A stretch of 64,000 nt of DNA from an uncultured virus (IMG/VR IMGVR_UViG_3300024353_000008) (taxonomy: Duplodnaviria; Heunggongvirae; Uroviricota; Caudoviricetes), in the IMG/VR virus record IMGVR_UViG_3300024353_000008; one strand, given 5' to 3'. A program made the position numbers and the translations under genes. Below the pieces are notes generated by a model. That model made no database searches. It was not told where the DNA came from and saw only the letters and a list, made by a program, of their open reading frames with translations. Position 1 is the stretch's first letter. Each line of letters opens with the position of its first letter. Below, piece after piece: positions 29,299 to 38,077 of this stretch.

Positions 29299-29925
29299 TC
29301 AACACACTGCTATCGGATCTCCCTCCTCTGGCAGAGGATTGCTCGCCCCCTCCGCCGTTGGCTCTATGACGTAGCCGTAGGAGCCGACGAACTTAATCCT
29401 GTAGCTGGTGCGCCCGGTCATCGAGGAGCGGGTGTAGACGCGGGTGGCCGCGTCGTACTCCTCTACGTGGGTGCCCATCCCGTCCACCCATCCCCAGTCC
29501 TGGTCCTCGTCGAGTGACCAGATTTCTTCATCATCTTTCCAGGTGATGGCCTGGATGGTGCGTGCCAGGTCGGAGCACCCGACACCGATGACACAGGAAT
29601 CCGTGCCCCCAAACCCACTTCCTCCAATGTAGATTTGGTCCGTCACCGTCTCCGGGTAACCGGAGAAGAGCGACAGCTCCTGAGCGATCCCTGCGTCAAA
29701 GACACCGACCACGAGGTCGCACCCGACGACCTTCGCCCGTTCCTCGTGCGCGAAGCGCGAAAAGTCCTGATGTTCCTGCCACCGCTCGTGGCTACCCTTA
29801 GAGCCGGTGGCGGAAATAGCCGCCTGGGCAGCGCGGACGACACCCAGGAAAGCCAGGGGCCTCCACTCGCACGCATCTAGGAGCCCGCGCGCGCCCTTGA
29901 AAAACCTCTTTGCTACGGTATTCAT
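29299..29925 (-). CDS. hypothetical protein (GC-rich cassette)
   Basis: GGAGGAGG RBS; ATG 29925. Confidence 0.6.
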   Translation of the reverse strand: MNTVAKRFFKGARGLLDACEWRPLAFLGVVRAAQAAISATGSKGSHERWQEHQDFSRFAHEERAKVVGCDLVVGVFDAGIAQELSLFSGYPETVTDQIYIGGSGFGGTDSCVIGVGCSDLARTIQAITWKDDEEIWSLDEDQDWGWVDGMGTHVEEYDAATRVYTRSSMTGRTSYRIKFVGSYGYVIEPTAEGASNPLPEEGDPIAVC

Positions 29926-29974
29926 CGTCTCTCCTCCTCCGGGCACTGCGCCCGGCTAGCGCCCTGCGGCGCGT

Positions 29975-30202
29975 CTAGTCATCTGTCACGATTCGCGCGC
30001 CTGGGTGATCCTGCGCAAACTCGACCAGGTATCCCTCTGCGCACTCCACCATCTCAGGCGTATCCTCGTTGGAGAAGCGCAGGCGGCGGGTGACGGTCTG
30101 CGTCTCGGTGACTGGTTCCGTGCCGCCGCCGTGCGCGACCGAGACGGCGCGGTGCTCGACGATGCTGCTTTGCTCCTCTTCCCACTCGTAGAATATAGCC
30201 AT
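29975..30202 (-). CDS. small acidic hypothetical protein
   Basis: AAGGAG RBS. Confidence 0.6.
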   Translation of the reverse strand: MAIFYEWEEEQSSIVEHRAVSVAHGGGTEPVTETQTVTRRLRFSNEDTPEMVECAEGYLVEFAQDHPGARIVTDD

Positions 30203-30276
30203 TTATCTCCTTCATCTGTTTCCACTTCTCGCGCCAGGTCGCCACACGGGTGACGGCCTGGGGTGGGGGCGGAGAC

Positions 30277-30474
30277 TCACACCTCCCTGTAATCCACTTC
30301 CACGCGCTGGCCGACTTCGAGCGTCAACTCCGCGATCTGCTCAAGCTCCTGGCGCGGCGCGTCATCCGCCAGATTGAAGATCACGACGTCAGTGTCCAGG
30401 GAGCCGTCCCCGGACACGAGCGAGGTGGAGAGGCACTTTCGTGCCAGTCCCCGGTCGAAGACTTTCCATTTCAT
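30277..30474 (-). CDS. small hypothetical protein
   Basis: AAGGAG RBS. Confidence 0.6.
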   Translation of the reverse strand: MKWKVFDRGLARKCLSTSLVSGDGSLDTDVVIFNLADDAPRQELEQIAELTLEVGQRVEVDYREV

Positions 30475-30528
30475 CGTCTCTACTCCTTCGTCTACGCGCC
30501 GGGGCTCGGGTGCCCGGCGTCTCCTGAT

Positions 30529-30762
30529 TTAGTCGTCGTATGCGCTACTGAGCACGTAATCCATCGCCGCCAGTTGTTCGTCGGTCGGGCACGGCCCGCG
30601 ATTTTGCGCTGCTTGTAGGTTCGTGCGCTGCGTGAGCAATTCCTCGATCTGTGTGTTGATCCGGTCCAGTTGCGCCACGCCACCGGCGTGGACGTCCTGT
30701 AATTCTGCGCCCACCCTGGCGATCTTTGCGTTGATTTCGTTTATCGTCATTTTCTCGCTCAT
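30529..30762 (-). CDS. small coiled-coil protein
   Basis: GGAG RBS directly after the twister-like motif; MSEKMTINEINAKI. Confidence 0.6.
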   Translation of the reverse strand: MSEKMTINEINAKIARVGAELQDVHAGGVAQLDRINTQIEELLTQRTNLQAAQNRGPCPTDEQLAAMDYVLSSAYDD

Positions 30763-30778
30763 TTCAATTTCTCCCTGT

Positions 30779-30845
30779 AGCCCCTCACTCTCCCCGGTCT
30801 CTGTGCCGGTCGCGCGACTTGGGACGCGCCTCTGGTGGGTTAGCC
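30779..30845 (-). ncRNA. twister-like ribozyme candidate (P1-type with P5)
   Basis: GGC-UAA-CCC-ACC...GCGCG-UCCCAAGU-CGCGC...CCGG/CCGG...GAGGG-GCU; P2 is weak. Confidence 0.5.
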
Positions 30846-30886
30846 TGCGCGGTTTTGGCCGGGTCCGCGCGAACCCGGGGGGGGGC

Positions 30887-31072
30887 TTATTTGCCGCACT
30901 TGCACTTGTCGCAACTCTCGCCGCACTCAGCGCAAGTGAAGCGTGAGAGGTATTCAGTGTCTTGCCAGACGACCTTGCCGCCCGCGTAGATGCGAGTGGT
31001 GCGGCGCTTCTCGTTCCACTTGTGCCAGCCTGCTTCCTTTGCACTTCCGCCGTAGTTGCTCGTCTGTTCCAT
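30887..31072 (-). CDS. small Cys-rich protein
   Basis: AAGGAG RBS directly after the hammerhead; CAECGESCDKCKC. Confidence 0.6.
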   Translation of the reverse strand: MEQTSNYGGSAKEAGWHKWNEKRRTTRIYAGGKVVWQDTEYLSRFTCAECGESCDKCKCGK

Positions 31073-31094
31073 TGTCTCGTCTCCTTGATCTTGT

Positions 31095-31151
31095 AGGGTT
31101 TCGGTCCTCCTGGGACCATCGTCAGGCCGGTGTGTTTCTCCCGGCGACCCT
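31095..31151 (-). ncRNA. type III hammerhead ribozyme
   Basis: AGGG-UC|GCCGG-loop-CCGGC-CUGACGA-U-GGUCC-CAGGA-GGACC-GAAA-CCCU: all three stems and the core are present, GUC cleavage triplet. Confidence 0.88.
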
Positions 31152-31284
31152 GTCTCCCCCTGCGCCTCGCTCGTCTCATTTGCTCCCGGCTCCTCGCTCC
31201 TTTTCGGGCTCCTCGGGTTCTTCACTGCGGGCGGTCGGTTTGGATTTTATTCTGTTGTTCAGGTTCTCTTTCTTAACTGTCAAT

Positions 31285-31313
31285 ATTATAGCGGAAAACG
31301 CCCGGTTTGTCAC
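31285..31313 (-). promoter_or_regulatory. sigma70-type promoter GTGACA-17-TATAAT driving the ribozyme-containing cassette
   Basis: reverse strand gtgaca aaccgggcgttttccgc tataat. Confidence 0.7.
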
Positions 31314-32096
31314 CGGTAGAAACTACTGATCTTTTGAACGAGTTTTCCCCGTAGTAACTACGTAGGATAACCGTTCTGTTTTCGCGCCGGACTTTGTTAC
31401 TTTTTCGGCACAATCGCCTCCACGCTCGTGCTCCGCCATCCGCACGCCGGGCACACGAACCAACCTCCTTGTCCATTGCACGGGATGCAGTCGCAGTTGC
31501 AATCACGGCAGTCGTCCCAGGTGGGCTCGTCGTGCGGGCAGGTGGCGCGGGCAGTGGAGCCCACGCCGTCGCAGTGGGCGCACAGCTCCTCGCTGAGTGG
31601 GGCGGCGCAGGTGGGGCAGGTTTCCACTGGAACCATTGAGACAGCCCATATCAAACTGATGGTAGGAAAACCATCATAGACATAAGGTTCCCCGACAACT
31701 GCATGGCCCATCGTTGCGTCCTTGTTCTGATAGGTGAACGCTGTGAGGTACAAATCATTGATGAGAGTGTAGGAGTATCCTTGCCCCTGGTAGTGACCGC
31801 CATTCCCCCATTCGTCTGTGTCCACATGCCAAACTTTGATGTGACGTCCTGGAAATGCGATAGGCAAAAGCGGGGGGACATGCCAATCTTTGACCCCTTT
31901 CAGTTCGTACCCCCATGTTTCAGGGAGAGGCGTTTGATAACCAAGGGCCAGCCTCATCGTTGATATAGCACGCTGTAGGCATCGCCCTCCATGTGAACCG
32001 GCTACGCTTAGCATAGTTTTCTCCTTCATTCCTCTAATCTGCCACCAGTCTACCACAGAAAACAGATTCGCGCATCGGTAGAAACTACTGATCTTT
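31314..32096. repeat. 21-bp direct repeat cggtagaaactactgatcttt at 31314-31334 and 32076-32096 (operator-like)
   Basis: exact match; internal GTAG-aaa-CTAC palindrome; each copy lies next to a divergent promoter. Confidence 0.8.
31397..32014 (-). CDS. hypothetical protein with C-terminal DnaJ-type CxxCxGxG Zn-finger region
   Basis: AAGGAG RBS at ATG 32014; CAHCDGVG, CIPCNGQG; GC content rises in the 3' part. Confidence 0.55.
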   Translation of the reverse strand: MLSVAGSHGGRCLQRAISTMRLALGYQTPLPETWGYELKGVKDWHVPPLLPIAFPGRHIKVWHVDTDEWGNGGHYQGQGYSYTLINDLYLTAFTYQNKDATMGHAVVGEPYVYDGFPTISLIWAVSMVPVETCPTCAAPLSEELCAHCDGVGSTARATCPHDEPTWDDCRDCNCDCIPCNGQGGWFVCPACGWRSTSVEAIVPKK

Positions 32097-32123
32097 CTAT
32101 CTATCAATATACAAAACCCTGAT

Positions 32124-32152
32124 TTGACTTATCTTTTCGGGTAGAGTATAAT
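32124..32152 (+). promoter_or_regulatory. sigma70 promoter TTGACT-17-TATAAT
   Basis: ttgact tatcttttcgggtagag tataat. Confidence 0.8.
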
Positions 32153-32171
32153 AGAAAAAGGAGATAGCTAT

Positions 32172-32441
32172 ATGGTTAATGAGCAAGTGGGACCATTCCC
32201 TGCTGCAAAGTGGCATAACTTCCAACTGCGTGTTACTTCTGTCGCCCGCGACTTTACCAAGCGGTGGAAGAGAGACCGGAGTGGATACAGAGTCGATGGT
32301 GGAGCAGAACTGAAAGTCTCTGTCGTGCTGTACGTGAAGGGTGATGGCGAACTCGTAGGATGGGAAAGTCCCAACGTAGCTGGATTCGAGCCACGGTCGC
32401 GGAACTGGGTTGAGGCAATAGGACTAGACAAAGAGGGATAA
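32172..32441 (+). CDS. hypothetical protein
   Basis: AAGGAG RBS after the promoter. Confidence 0.65.
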   Translation: MVNEQVGPFPAAKWHNFQLRVTSVARDFTKRWKRDRSGYRVDGGAELKVSVVLYVKGDGELVGWESPNVAGFEPRSRNWVEAIGLDKEG

Positions 32442-32468
32442 GTTCCTTGCAGTGGATTCTTTGCAGTG

Positions 32469-32596
32469 GGCCGAAAAGGCCGAAAATGAAGAAGATGAGT
32501 AGGGAGGGATTGTTGGTCTGAGGCACGGGCAAAGACAGTCAAACAGACCTGACGACCACCACTCCCCCTCCCCTTCATTTTCGGCCAATTTCGGCC
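32469..32596. repeat. inverted pair of the dispersed repeat (copies 4 and 5)
   Basis: ggccgaaaaggccgaaaatgaag ... cttcattttcggccaatttcggcc. Confidence 0.85.
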
Positions 32597-32680
32597 ACGA
32601 GTACAGACACTCGATAGAATGATTCTCTAAGATCGACCGAGCACGAGCACAACCGAATACAACCAACCATTAATCTACCC

Positions 32681-32713
32681 AAGACTGGGGGAATCAATCC
32701 TCAGTCTTTTTTT
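32681..32713 (+). terminator. intrinsic terminator-like hairpin immediately before the head genes
   Basis: aagactgggg..cctcagtctt followed by a T-run. Confidence 0.65.
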
Positions 32714-32721
32714 GTTTACTT

Positions 32722-33543
32722 ATGGACAAACAAGCAGAACTCGAACAGGCTCTCAAGAACCTCTCGCAGAACGAGCTAGGTGCAGTTCTCGATGCATTGA
32801 CACTGGTCGCAGGTCAGTATGAGATCGACCAAGCGGACAAGGGCGTGTACCTGAAGGCTCCCTATGGTGAGTTGATCGCTGACGGTACGATGAAGTGCTT
32901 TGCGAGACCTAGTGTCGACGAGAGACTGGTTGGTGTGAGGATTCTGTACTCGGACCACAAGGCTTTTGGCGTGATGAGAGTTGGCGAACCTGTGAAGGTT
33001 GATAGAGAAGAGTTCGACGGGCTGTTTGACGATCACTGTATAGCGAGGAAGGATAGGCTGAGGTGGTGGCCCGAGAAAAAAGCGTTGTGGTTGTATCCGA
33101 TCGAGGAGTGGAAAGGATATGATGAGGCGAGAGATGTTGACTTGCCTGCCGGTGTACAGACGTATGTGGAGAATATAGGAACTTGCAGTGATGAGAAAGA
33201 GCAGAGAGAGATTGAATCTCTTCAAGTTATGGTTGCCTCTACTCCTACCCAATCCGCAAAAGGCTTTTCCAATCGTTCTTCCATCGAACCAACTGAAGGT
33301 CTCCTCATTCCTGTCTCTGGCTCTGTCGGTATCTGGATGAAGGATACTGCTGTTCCTCTCAGTGTGGCATTTCTGGACGAGGACTACAAGGTACTACAGC
33401 TCGACAGCCTAACACCGAATGACGAGACAGTCCACATGGGACCAGATGGCACGACTTGGGCACTGGAAGCAAGTCCTGAATGGTTCAAGTCTGTCGAGAT
33501 GGAAGTGGGAGACAAGATTGCAGGACTATCTGAAATGGAGTAA
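32722..33543 (+). CDS. ASCH/PUA-like domain fused to DUF192 domain
   Basis: GVYLKAPYGELIADG...AFG...WW...LWLY; C-terminal VASTP...KG...GLL...IWMKDTAVPLSVAFLD...ALE...GDKI. Confidence 0.65.
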   Translation: MDKQAELEQALKNLSQNELGAVLDALTLVAGQYEIDQADKGVYLKAPYGELIADGTMKCFARPSVDERLVGVRILYSDHKAFGVMRVGEPVKVDREEFDGLFDDHCIARKDRLRWWPEKKALWLYPIEEWKGYDEARDVDLPAGVQTYVENIGTCSDEKEQREIESLQVMVASTPTQSAKGFSNRSSIEPTEGLLIPVSGSVGIWMKDTAVPLSVAFLDEDYKVLQLDSLTPNDETVHMGPDGTTWALEASPEWFKSVEMEVGDKIAGLSEME

Positions 33544-33548
33544 CAACT

Positions 33549-33875
33549 ATGTCGGGAGATTGTCGCAAGTCAGGTGCACACCTTAAACTGCTTCTCACAG
33601 GCGAGACCTACGACGGACTGCGAGCTGGTACTCGTGACACTGGTGGCGATGAGGATCAAGTTCCGTTGTCCGATGTTTCTATTCCCTGCTGGCAGGTTAT
33701 GCTTCAAGCATCTTTCTCTAATGCCGGTCTCGTTCTGGTAGGCTCTCAGGCAGATGGGTGCTTTGTCGAGTTGAATGCTGGTGGGTCTGTTGATATTCCT
33801 ATAAACAATGTGAACAAGGTGTTCATCAACGACGAAGGCGCAGTTCAGACTGTCAACTGGTTGGCGCTGTTCTAG
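33549..33875 (+). CDS. small beta-sandwich virion-like protein
   Basis: VMLQA..SNAG.V.VG...ELNAGGSVDIPI.NVNKVFI; located in the head module. Confidence 0.5.
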   Translation: MSGDCRKSGAHLKLLLTGETYDGLRAGTRDTGGDEDQVPLSDVSIPCWQVMLQASFSNAGLVLVGSQADGCFVELNAGGSVDIPINNVNKVFINDEGAVQTVNWLALF

Positions 33876-33884
33876 GAGTTAGCT

Positions 33885-36473
33885 GTGTCGATTGCTCAGA
33901 TTCGATCTGGAAATGTAGTCAGACGAGATGACAAGCAGTATCGTGCTGTTGGTTCTGCAACTGTGTCTGACGAGGTCGATGTAAAGTCCTTGCTTCCTCT
34001 GCTAGAGGTTGCGGACAAGGCTTTCGATGAAAAGGCAGTAGAAGGAATATGGTTGCTCCTGTTTCTGCAACCAGAAAATGCACAGACACTAGCAATTGAT
34101 GATCCTACAGCAGAATCGCCAGAGAAGCTACACGTCACGGTTGGCACGGTGGATGCGAGCACGGTGGATGGTAAGCAAGAGATTGTACAGCAGGTAATTG
34201 AGGAAGCAGCTAGCAGACTACCTCCGGTAGTGGGTAAGATTGGCGGATATGGTTCGTTCGTGTCAAATGGTGACACAGTACCTATCATTGCATTGTTCGA
34301 TTCACCAATGTTGACAGACTGGCGCAAGCAATTGATTGATACATTGCAAGCGGTAGGCGTAGATGTGGTGCAGGACCATGGCTATCAGCCACACATTACC
34401 CTGGCGTATGCAGGCAGTCCTGTGGCTACCAAGATAGATGATAGAGAGATTGTGCTGGATAGGTTGTCTCTGGTGTGGAATGGAGAGAGACAGGACTATC
34501 CATTGCAGGGAAGTGAGGAGCAAAGCATGAAAGAAATAACTGTGCTCGTTAATGACGAGCAAGACGAACAACTTGACGAGTGGGAGAAAGACTTTCTCTC
34601 TGACCTCGATACTGCAAGCAAGGAAGTCACTAAACGTGTTGGCAATCAAGACCTTCCTGCATCTGCCTTTCTCGTGGTCGGTGATCCAGAGGCAGTGATG
34701 ACTTGGCATTTGCCTGTGCGTAAGGCGAACGGTGATGCTGATAGACGCAGAATTGGTGCTGCTTGGGCAAGTTTGCATGGTGGCTACCGAGGTCAGAAAT
34801 ACGCTGGTCCCAACAAAGAACAGGCGATTACCAAACTGCGCAAGGTATACGAGGACGAGGAAATGCCTCTACCTGGGACGAAGGAAGAAGAGAAGTCTCC
34901 CGTAGTAGAGATGGACAGGGCCTTGATTAAGAAAACTGCTGGTGAGGTTGAATCGCAGATCAAATCCGAGGACGAAAAAGCAGGTCGTCGTGTACGTGGC
35001 GACAAGGTTGGACTTGTCAAAAAGATTCTGTCCGAGTTCGACGATGTGAAAGCAGCATTGACAGAGTTTCTCGGTTGGGCAGATTATGCTGACGGACAGG
35101 AAAATGACAGACAGGAGAATCCAGAATCACCTGAAGGATTCCTCTCTTGGCTAGAATCCAATGTTGCTACCAAGGCTCTCGAAGATGCAGAGGAACACGG
35201 TTCGTCATTCGTCGCGTTCAAGGCAGCAGACGGACAAGACTGGTTGCTAACCTTTTCCACTAACGCATTCGAGGACCGCGAGGGAGAAATCTTTGCAACC
35301 AAGGCAATCGAGGAGTACGTTGCTCGTCACGAGGACGAGGACATAAAAGGCGAGTACCAATTTTGGCACCTACCGGGCTCAAAGTTCGGTGACATTCTAT
35401 TTCAGGGTATGGAAGGTAGATTCCTAGTCGAAGCAGGCCCGTTTGACGATACGCCCACAGGACGTGCATTCAAGGAATTCTTTTCCGAGAATCCGCGTGG
35501 GCACTCGGTTGTAGCTCCTGATGGTTGGGGATGCTCCCACAAGTACGAGTACAGAAGCAAAGATCGAGAAGATGGTGTGTACAATTGGTTCGATAAGAGT
35601 GAGACAACTGTTCTCCCGCTATATGCTGCGGCCAATGAGTACACCGCCCCACTATTTATTAAGGAGCAAGTACAGATGAATGACAGACAGAAAGCGGCTC
35701 TCAAGCTGATTGGTGGAGACGATCTAGTTTCCATGGTCGAAACCGTAGGCAAGAAAGCCACACAGGAACTGGAAGAGACTGTTGGCTTCAAGGCTGGCAA
35801 CTATGCGGCTATGGTTCGCAAGGTTGCCCAGGATACGGAAGACGAGGCAGTCAAGGCGCAGTTGATGAGCATTGCGTCTGATATAGATGATTCTTACCCG
35901 GAGCAGAAGAAGAAAGAATCCGATCCCGAGGTCGAGCCCGAGGACGAGAAGGCTGCTGGTGGTCCCGCTCTGGGTAAACGTCTCCGAATGCTCGCTGGTC
36001 GCCTAGAAGGCAGTGCCGCCGCGGAACTGAATAAGATCGCGGCAAGCCTGATGGGTGGCGGAGAGATGGAGGATGACGAGGAAAAGTCTGAGTCGAAGGA
36101 ACTGACGGAGTTTGCCGATGCGGTTGGTGAGGGCTTCAAGGCTGTGATCGAAGGCTATCAGACCGAGAATGCAGAAGTCGCTAGTGCTATCACCGCTCTT
36201 GCCAATGCAGTCAAGGGTGTGCAGGAACAGATCGAGAGTCTGTCCCGCACGGACGAGGCAAAGATCGCTGAAAAGGCTGCTGATACTCCCGCTGCATCTC
36301 TGCGCGATATGGTTGACCGTGCTATCGGTTCTAAGGATACGCGGGTCGATGGTCGATCCACTTATGCCAAGGATGGCCCACAGCAAACTCAGCCTGTGGT
36401 AGATGGTCAGACCGGCATCTCTCTGATTGATACCTTCGTTTCTGGTGCAGACCAGAAGCAGCTAGGTCGCTAG
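33885..36473 (+). CDS. 2H phosphoesterase + small linker domain + prohead protease + scaffold polyprotein
   Basis: HVT (34131) and HIT (34392) 2H motifs; TNAFEDREGEIF..WH..GCSH..ETTVLP..AANEYT protease; acidic coiled-coil C-terminus; internal AAGGAG-ATG at 35676; directly upstream of MCP. Confidence 0.78.
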   Translation: MSIAQIRSGNVVRRDDKQYRAVGSATVSDEVDVKSLLPLLEVADKAFDEKAVEGIWLLLFLQPENAQTLAIDDPTAESPEKLHVTVGTVDASTVDGKQEIVQQVIEEAASRLPPVVGKIGGYGSFVSNGDTVPIIALFDSPMLTDWRKQLIDTLQAVGVDVVQDHGYQPHITLAYAGSPVATKIDDREIVLDRLSLVWNGERQDYPLQGSEEQSMKEITVLVNDEQDEQLDEWEKDFLSDLDTASKEVTKRVGNQDLPASAFLVVGDPEAVMTWHLPVRKANGDADRRRIGAAWASLHGGYRGQKYAGPNKEQAITKLRKVYEDEEMPLPGTKEEEKSPVVEMDRALIKKTAGEVESQIKSEDEKAGRRVRGDKVGLVKKILSEFDDVKAALTEFLGWADYADGQENDRQENPESPEGFLSWLESNVATKALEDAEEHGSSFVAFKAADGQDWLLTFSTNAFEDREGEIFATKAIEEYVARHEDEDIKGEYQFWHLPGSKFGDILFQGMEGRFLVEAGPFDDTPTGRAFKEFFSENPRGHSVVAPDGWGCSHKYEYRSKDREDGVYNWFDKSETTVLPLYAAANEYTAPLFIKEQVQMNDRQKAALKLIGGDDLVSMVETVGKKATQELEETVGFKAGNYAAMVRKVAQDTEDEAVKAQLMSIASDIDDSYPEQKKKESDPEVEPEDEKAAGGPALGKRLRMLAGRLEGSAAAELNKIAASLMGGGEMEDDEEKSESKELTEFADAVGEGFKAVIEGYQTENAEVASAITALANAVKGVQEQIESLSRTDEAKIAEKAADTPAASLRDMVDRAIGSKDTRVDGRSTYAKDGPQQTQPVVDGQTGISLIDTFVSGADQKQLGR

Positions 36474-36488
36474 AAAGGATAAAGAACA

Positions 36489-37955
36489 ATGAACGTAGAC
36501 ATGAAACAACTGAAGGAGGAAATCAGTCGAGACGTTCTTGCCTCGCTGATTTCTGCTTACACCGAGAAAGAGGAAGGTGAGAAGCAGGCTACGACCCATA
36601 CTGCTATCACCCTACACGACGGGTCGGGTATCTTCTCCGTCTGTGGCCTGAATCGAGAGGTCATCAGTGCCCACATCGGGCCGGAGGGAATTGCCTCGCA
36701 ACTCCCTCTGTTCCCATCTATAGAGACTGATCCTCGTTATGCAACGCTGACCGGCTTTGCTGGCGCGAGTGGGGCACAGCCGACCAATACGTGTGATCCT
36801 GCTCCAACTGCCTACATGAAAGGTTGTACTCTGACCAATACTTTTGGTCGTATCCGTTTCGATACTAATACTATCGAATTCAACGAGGTGATGAAAAAGT
36901 ACAACCGTGGTGACTTTACCGATCTCAGGTTGATGAACGCTATTACTCAGAGTGCAAATGTGGGTAGTGGTCTGCTTCCAACTGGTCTCAACGACGGCCA
37001 GATTCTCAATCTGATCACTATGGCCGAGATGACGACCGCTGGCATTCTGGCCGAGAGGGAACTCAACCGCCAGATTTGGCAGGGCAACCCGCTGATCGCA
37101 AACGAGTTTCCCGGCCTGGACCGCCAGATCGTTACCGGTATCGTGGATAGTGACACCAACGTCACTTGCCCCGCCCTCGATTCCGATGTGAAGGACTTTG
37201 CCTACAACGACGTGTGCGGGACGACTATGGACATCGTGGAACAGGTTTCCATGCTCGCGTACTACCTCATGTACAATGCACGGAAGATGCAGGTCACGCC
37301 GGTTCAGTGGGCTATCGTGATGCGGCCTGAACTGTGGTACGAACTGAGTGCCTGCTGGCCTTGTCGCTACCTCTCCAACCGTTGCCAGTCGTCTGCTGGT
37401 ACGGAACTCGCAGTCATCAATGACGAGAATAACACTCGTCTCCGCGACCAGATGCGCGAGGGAATGTTCCTGTGGGTCAATGGTGTCAAGTATCCCGTGA
37501 TCACCGACGACAGCATTTTCGAGAGCAATAGCACGAATGACGGCAACCTTGCCGCTGGACAGTTCGCTTCCAGCATCTACTTCGTTCCTCTGACCATTCT
37601 GCGGAACTTCAAGGTGACGTTCCGCCAGTACCTCAACTACCGTGATCCTATCGCTGAAGCGAACGTTGCTCTGCTACGGAACCGTCAGGACTTTTGGACG
37701 GACAACGGCATCTTCACCTGGGCGTACCAGGGCCAGTTGTGGTGCTTCTACCTTGGCCTCAAGACGGAACAGCGGGTCATGCTTCTGACGCCACAGCTCG
37801 CTGGCAAGCTGCAAAATGTCATGTATGAGCCGACCCAGCATCTTCGTTCTTCCGATCCGACGAGTGAATACTTCCTCGACGGGGGCCTCTCGGTCCGCCC
37901 GATCTCGCAGAAATATGCGAGTTGGGCACCTACCGGGATTGGCAGAGACCACTAG
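36489..37955 (+). CDS. major capsid protein (HK97 fold, probable)
   Basis: 488 aa after protease/scaffold; ERELNRQIWQG...EFPGLDRQI; strongly biased codons; followed by a terminator. Confidence 0.8.
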   Translation: MNVDMKQLKEEISRDVLASLISAYTEKEEGEKQATTHTAITLHDGSGIFSVCGLNREVISAHIGPEGIASQLPLFPSIETDPRYATLTGFAGASGAQPTNTCDPAPTAYMKGCTLTNTFGRIRFDTNTIEFNEVMKKYNRGDFTDLRLMNAITQSANVGSGLLPTGLNDGQILNLITMAEMTTAGILAERELNRQIWQGNPLIANEFPGLDRQIVTGIVDSDTNVTCPALDSDVKDFAYNDVCGTTMDIVEQVSMLAYYLMYNARKMQVTPVQWAIVMRPELWYELSACWPCRYLSNRCQSSAGTELAVINDENNTRLRDQMREGMFLWVNGVKYPVITDDSIFESNSTNDGNLAAGQFASSIYFVPLTILRNFKVTFRQYLNYRDPIAEANVALLRNRQDFWTDNGIFTWAYQGQLWCFYLGLKTEQRVMLLTPQLAGKLQNVMYEPTQHLRSSDPTSEYFLDGGLSVRPISQKYASWAPTGIGRDH

Positions 37956-37996
37956 AGACCTAAAGCCAGTCGTGCTTTCTATGATCATGCACAATT

Positions 37997-38038
37997 GGAA
38001 GGCGGAGGTGGTTGAACCACACTCCGCCTTCCTCTTTT
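37997..38038 (+). terminator. intrinsic terminator after MCP
   Basis: ggaaggcggag/ctccgccttcc stem followed by tctttt. Confidence 0.8.
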
Positions 38039-38048
38039 CGATTGGGTA

Positions 38049-38077
38049 TTGACAGGGAATTGAATTTGCGGTATAAT
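38049..38077 (+). promoter_or_regulatory. consensus sigma70 promoter TTGACA-17-TATAAT
   Basis: ttgaca gggaattgaatttgcgg tataat. Confidence 0.85.

Noticed and set aside
30529..31225. Long N-terminal extensions of ORFs 30529-31179 and 30887-31225
   Set aside because: They run through ribozyme and hairpin spacers; RBSs support the shorter starts at 30762 and 31072.
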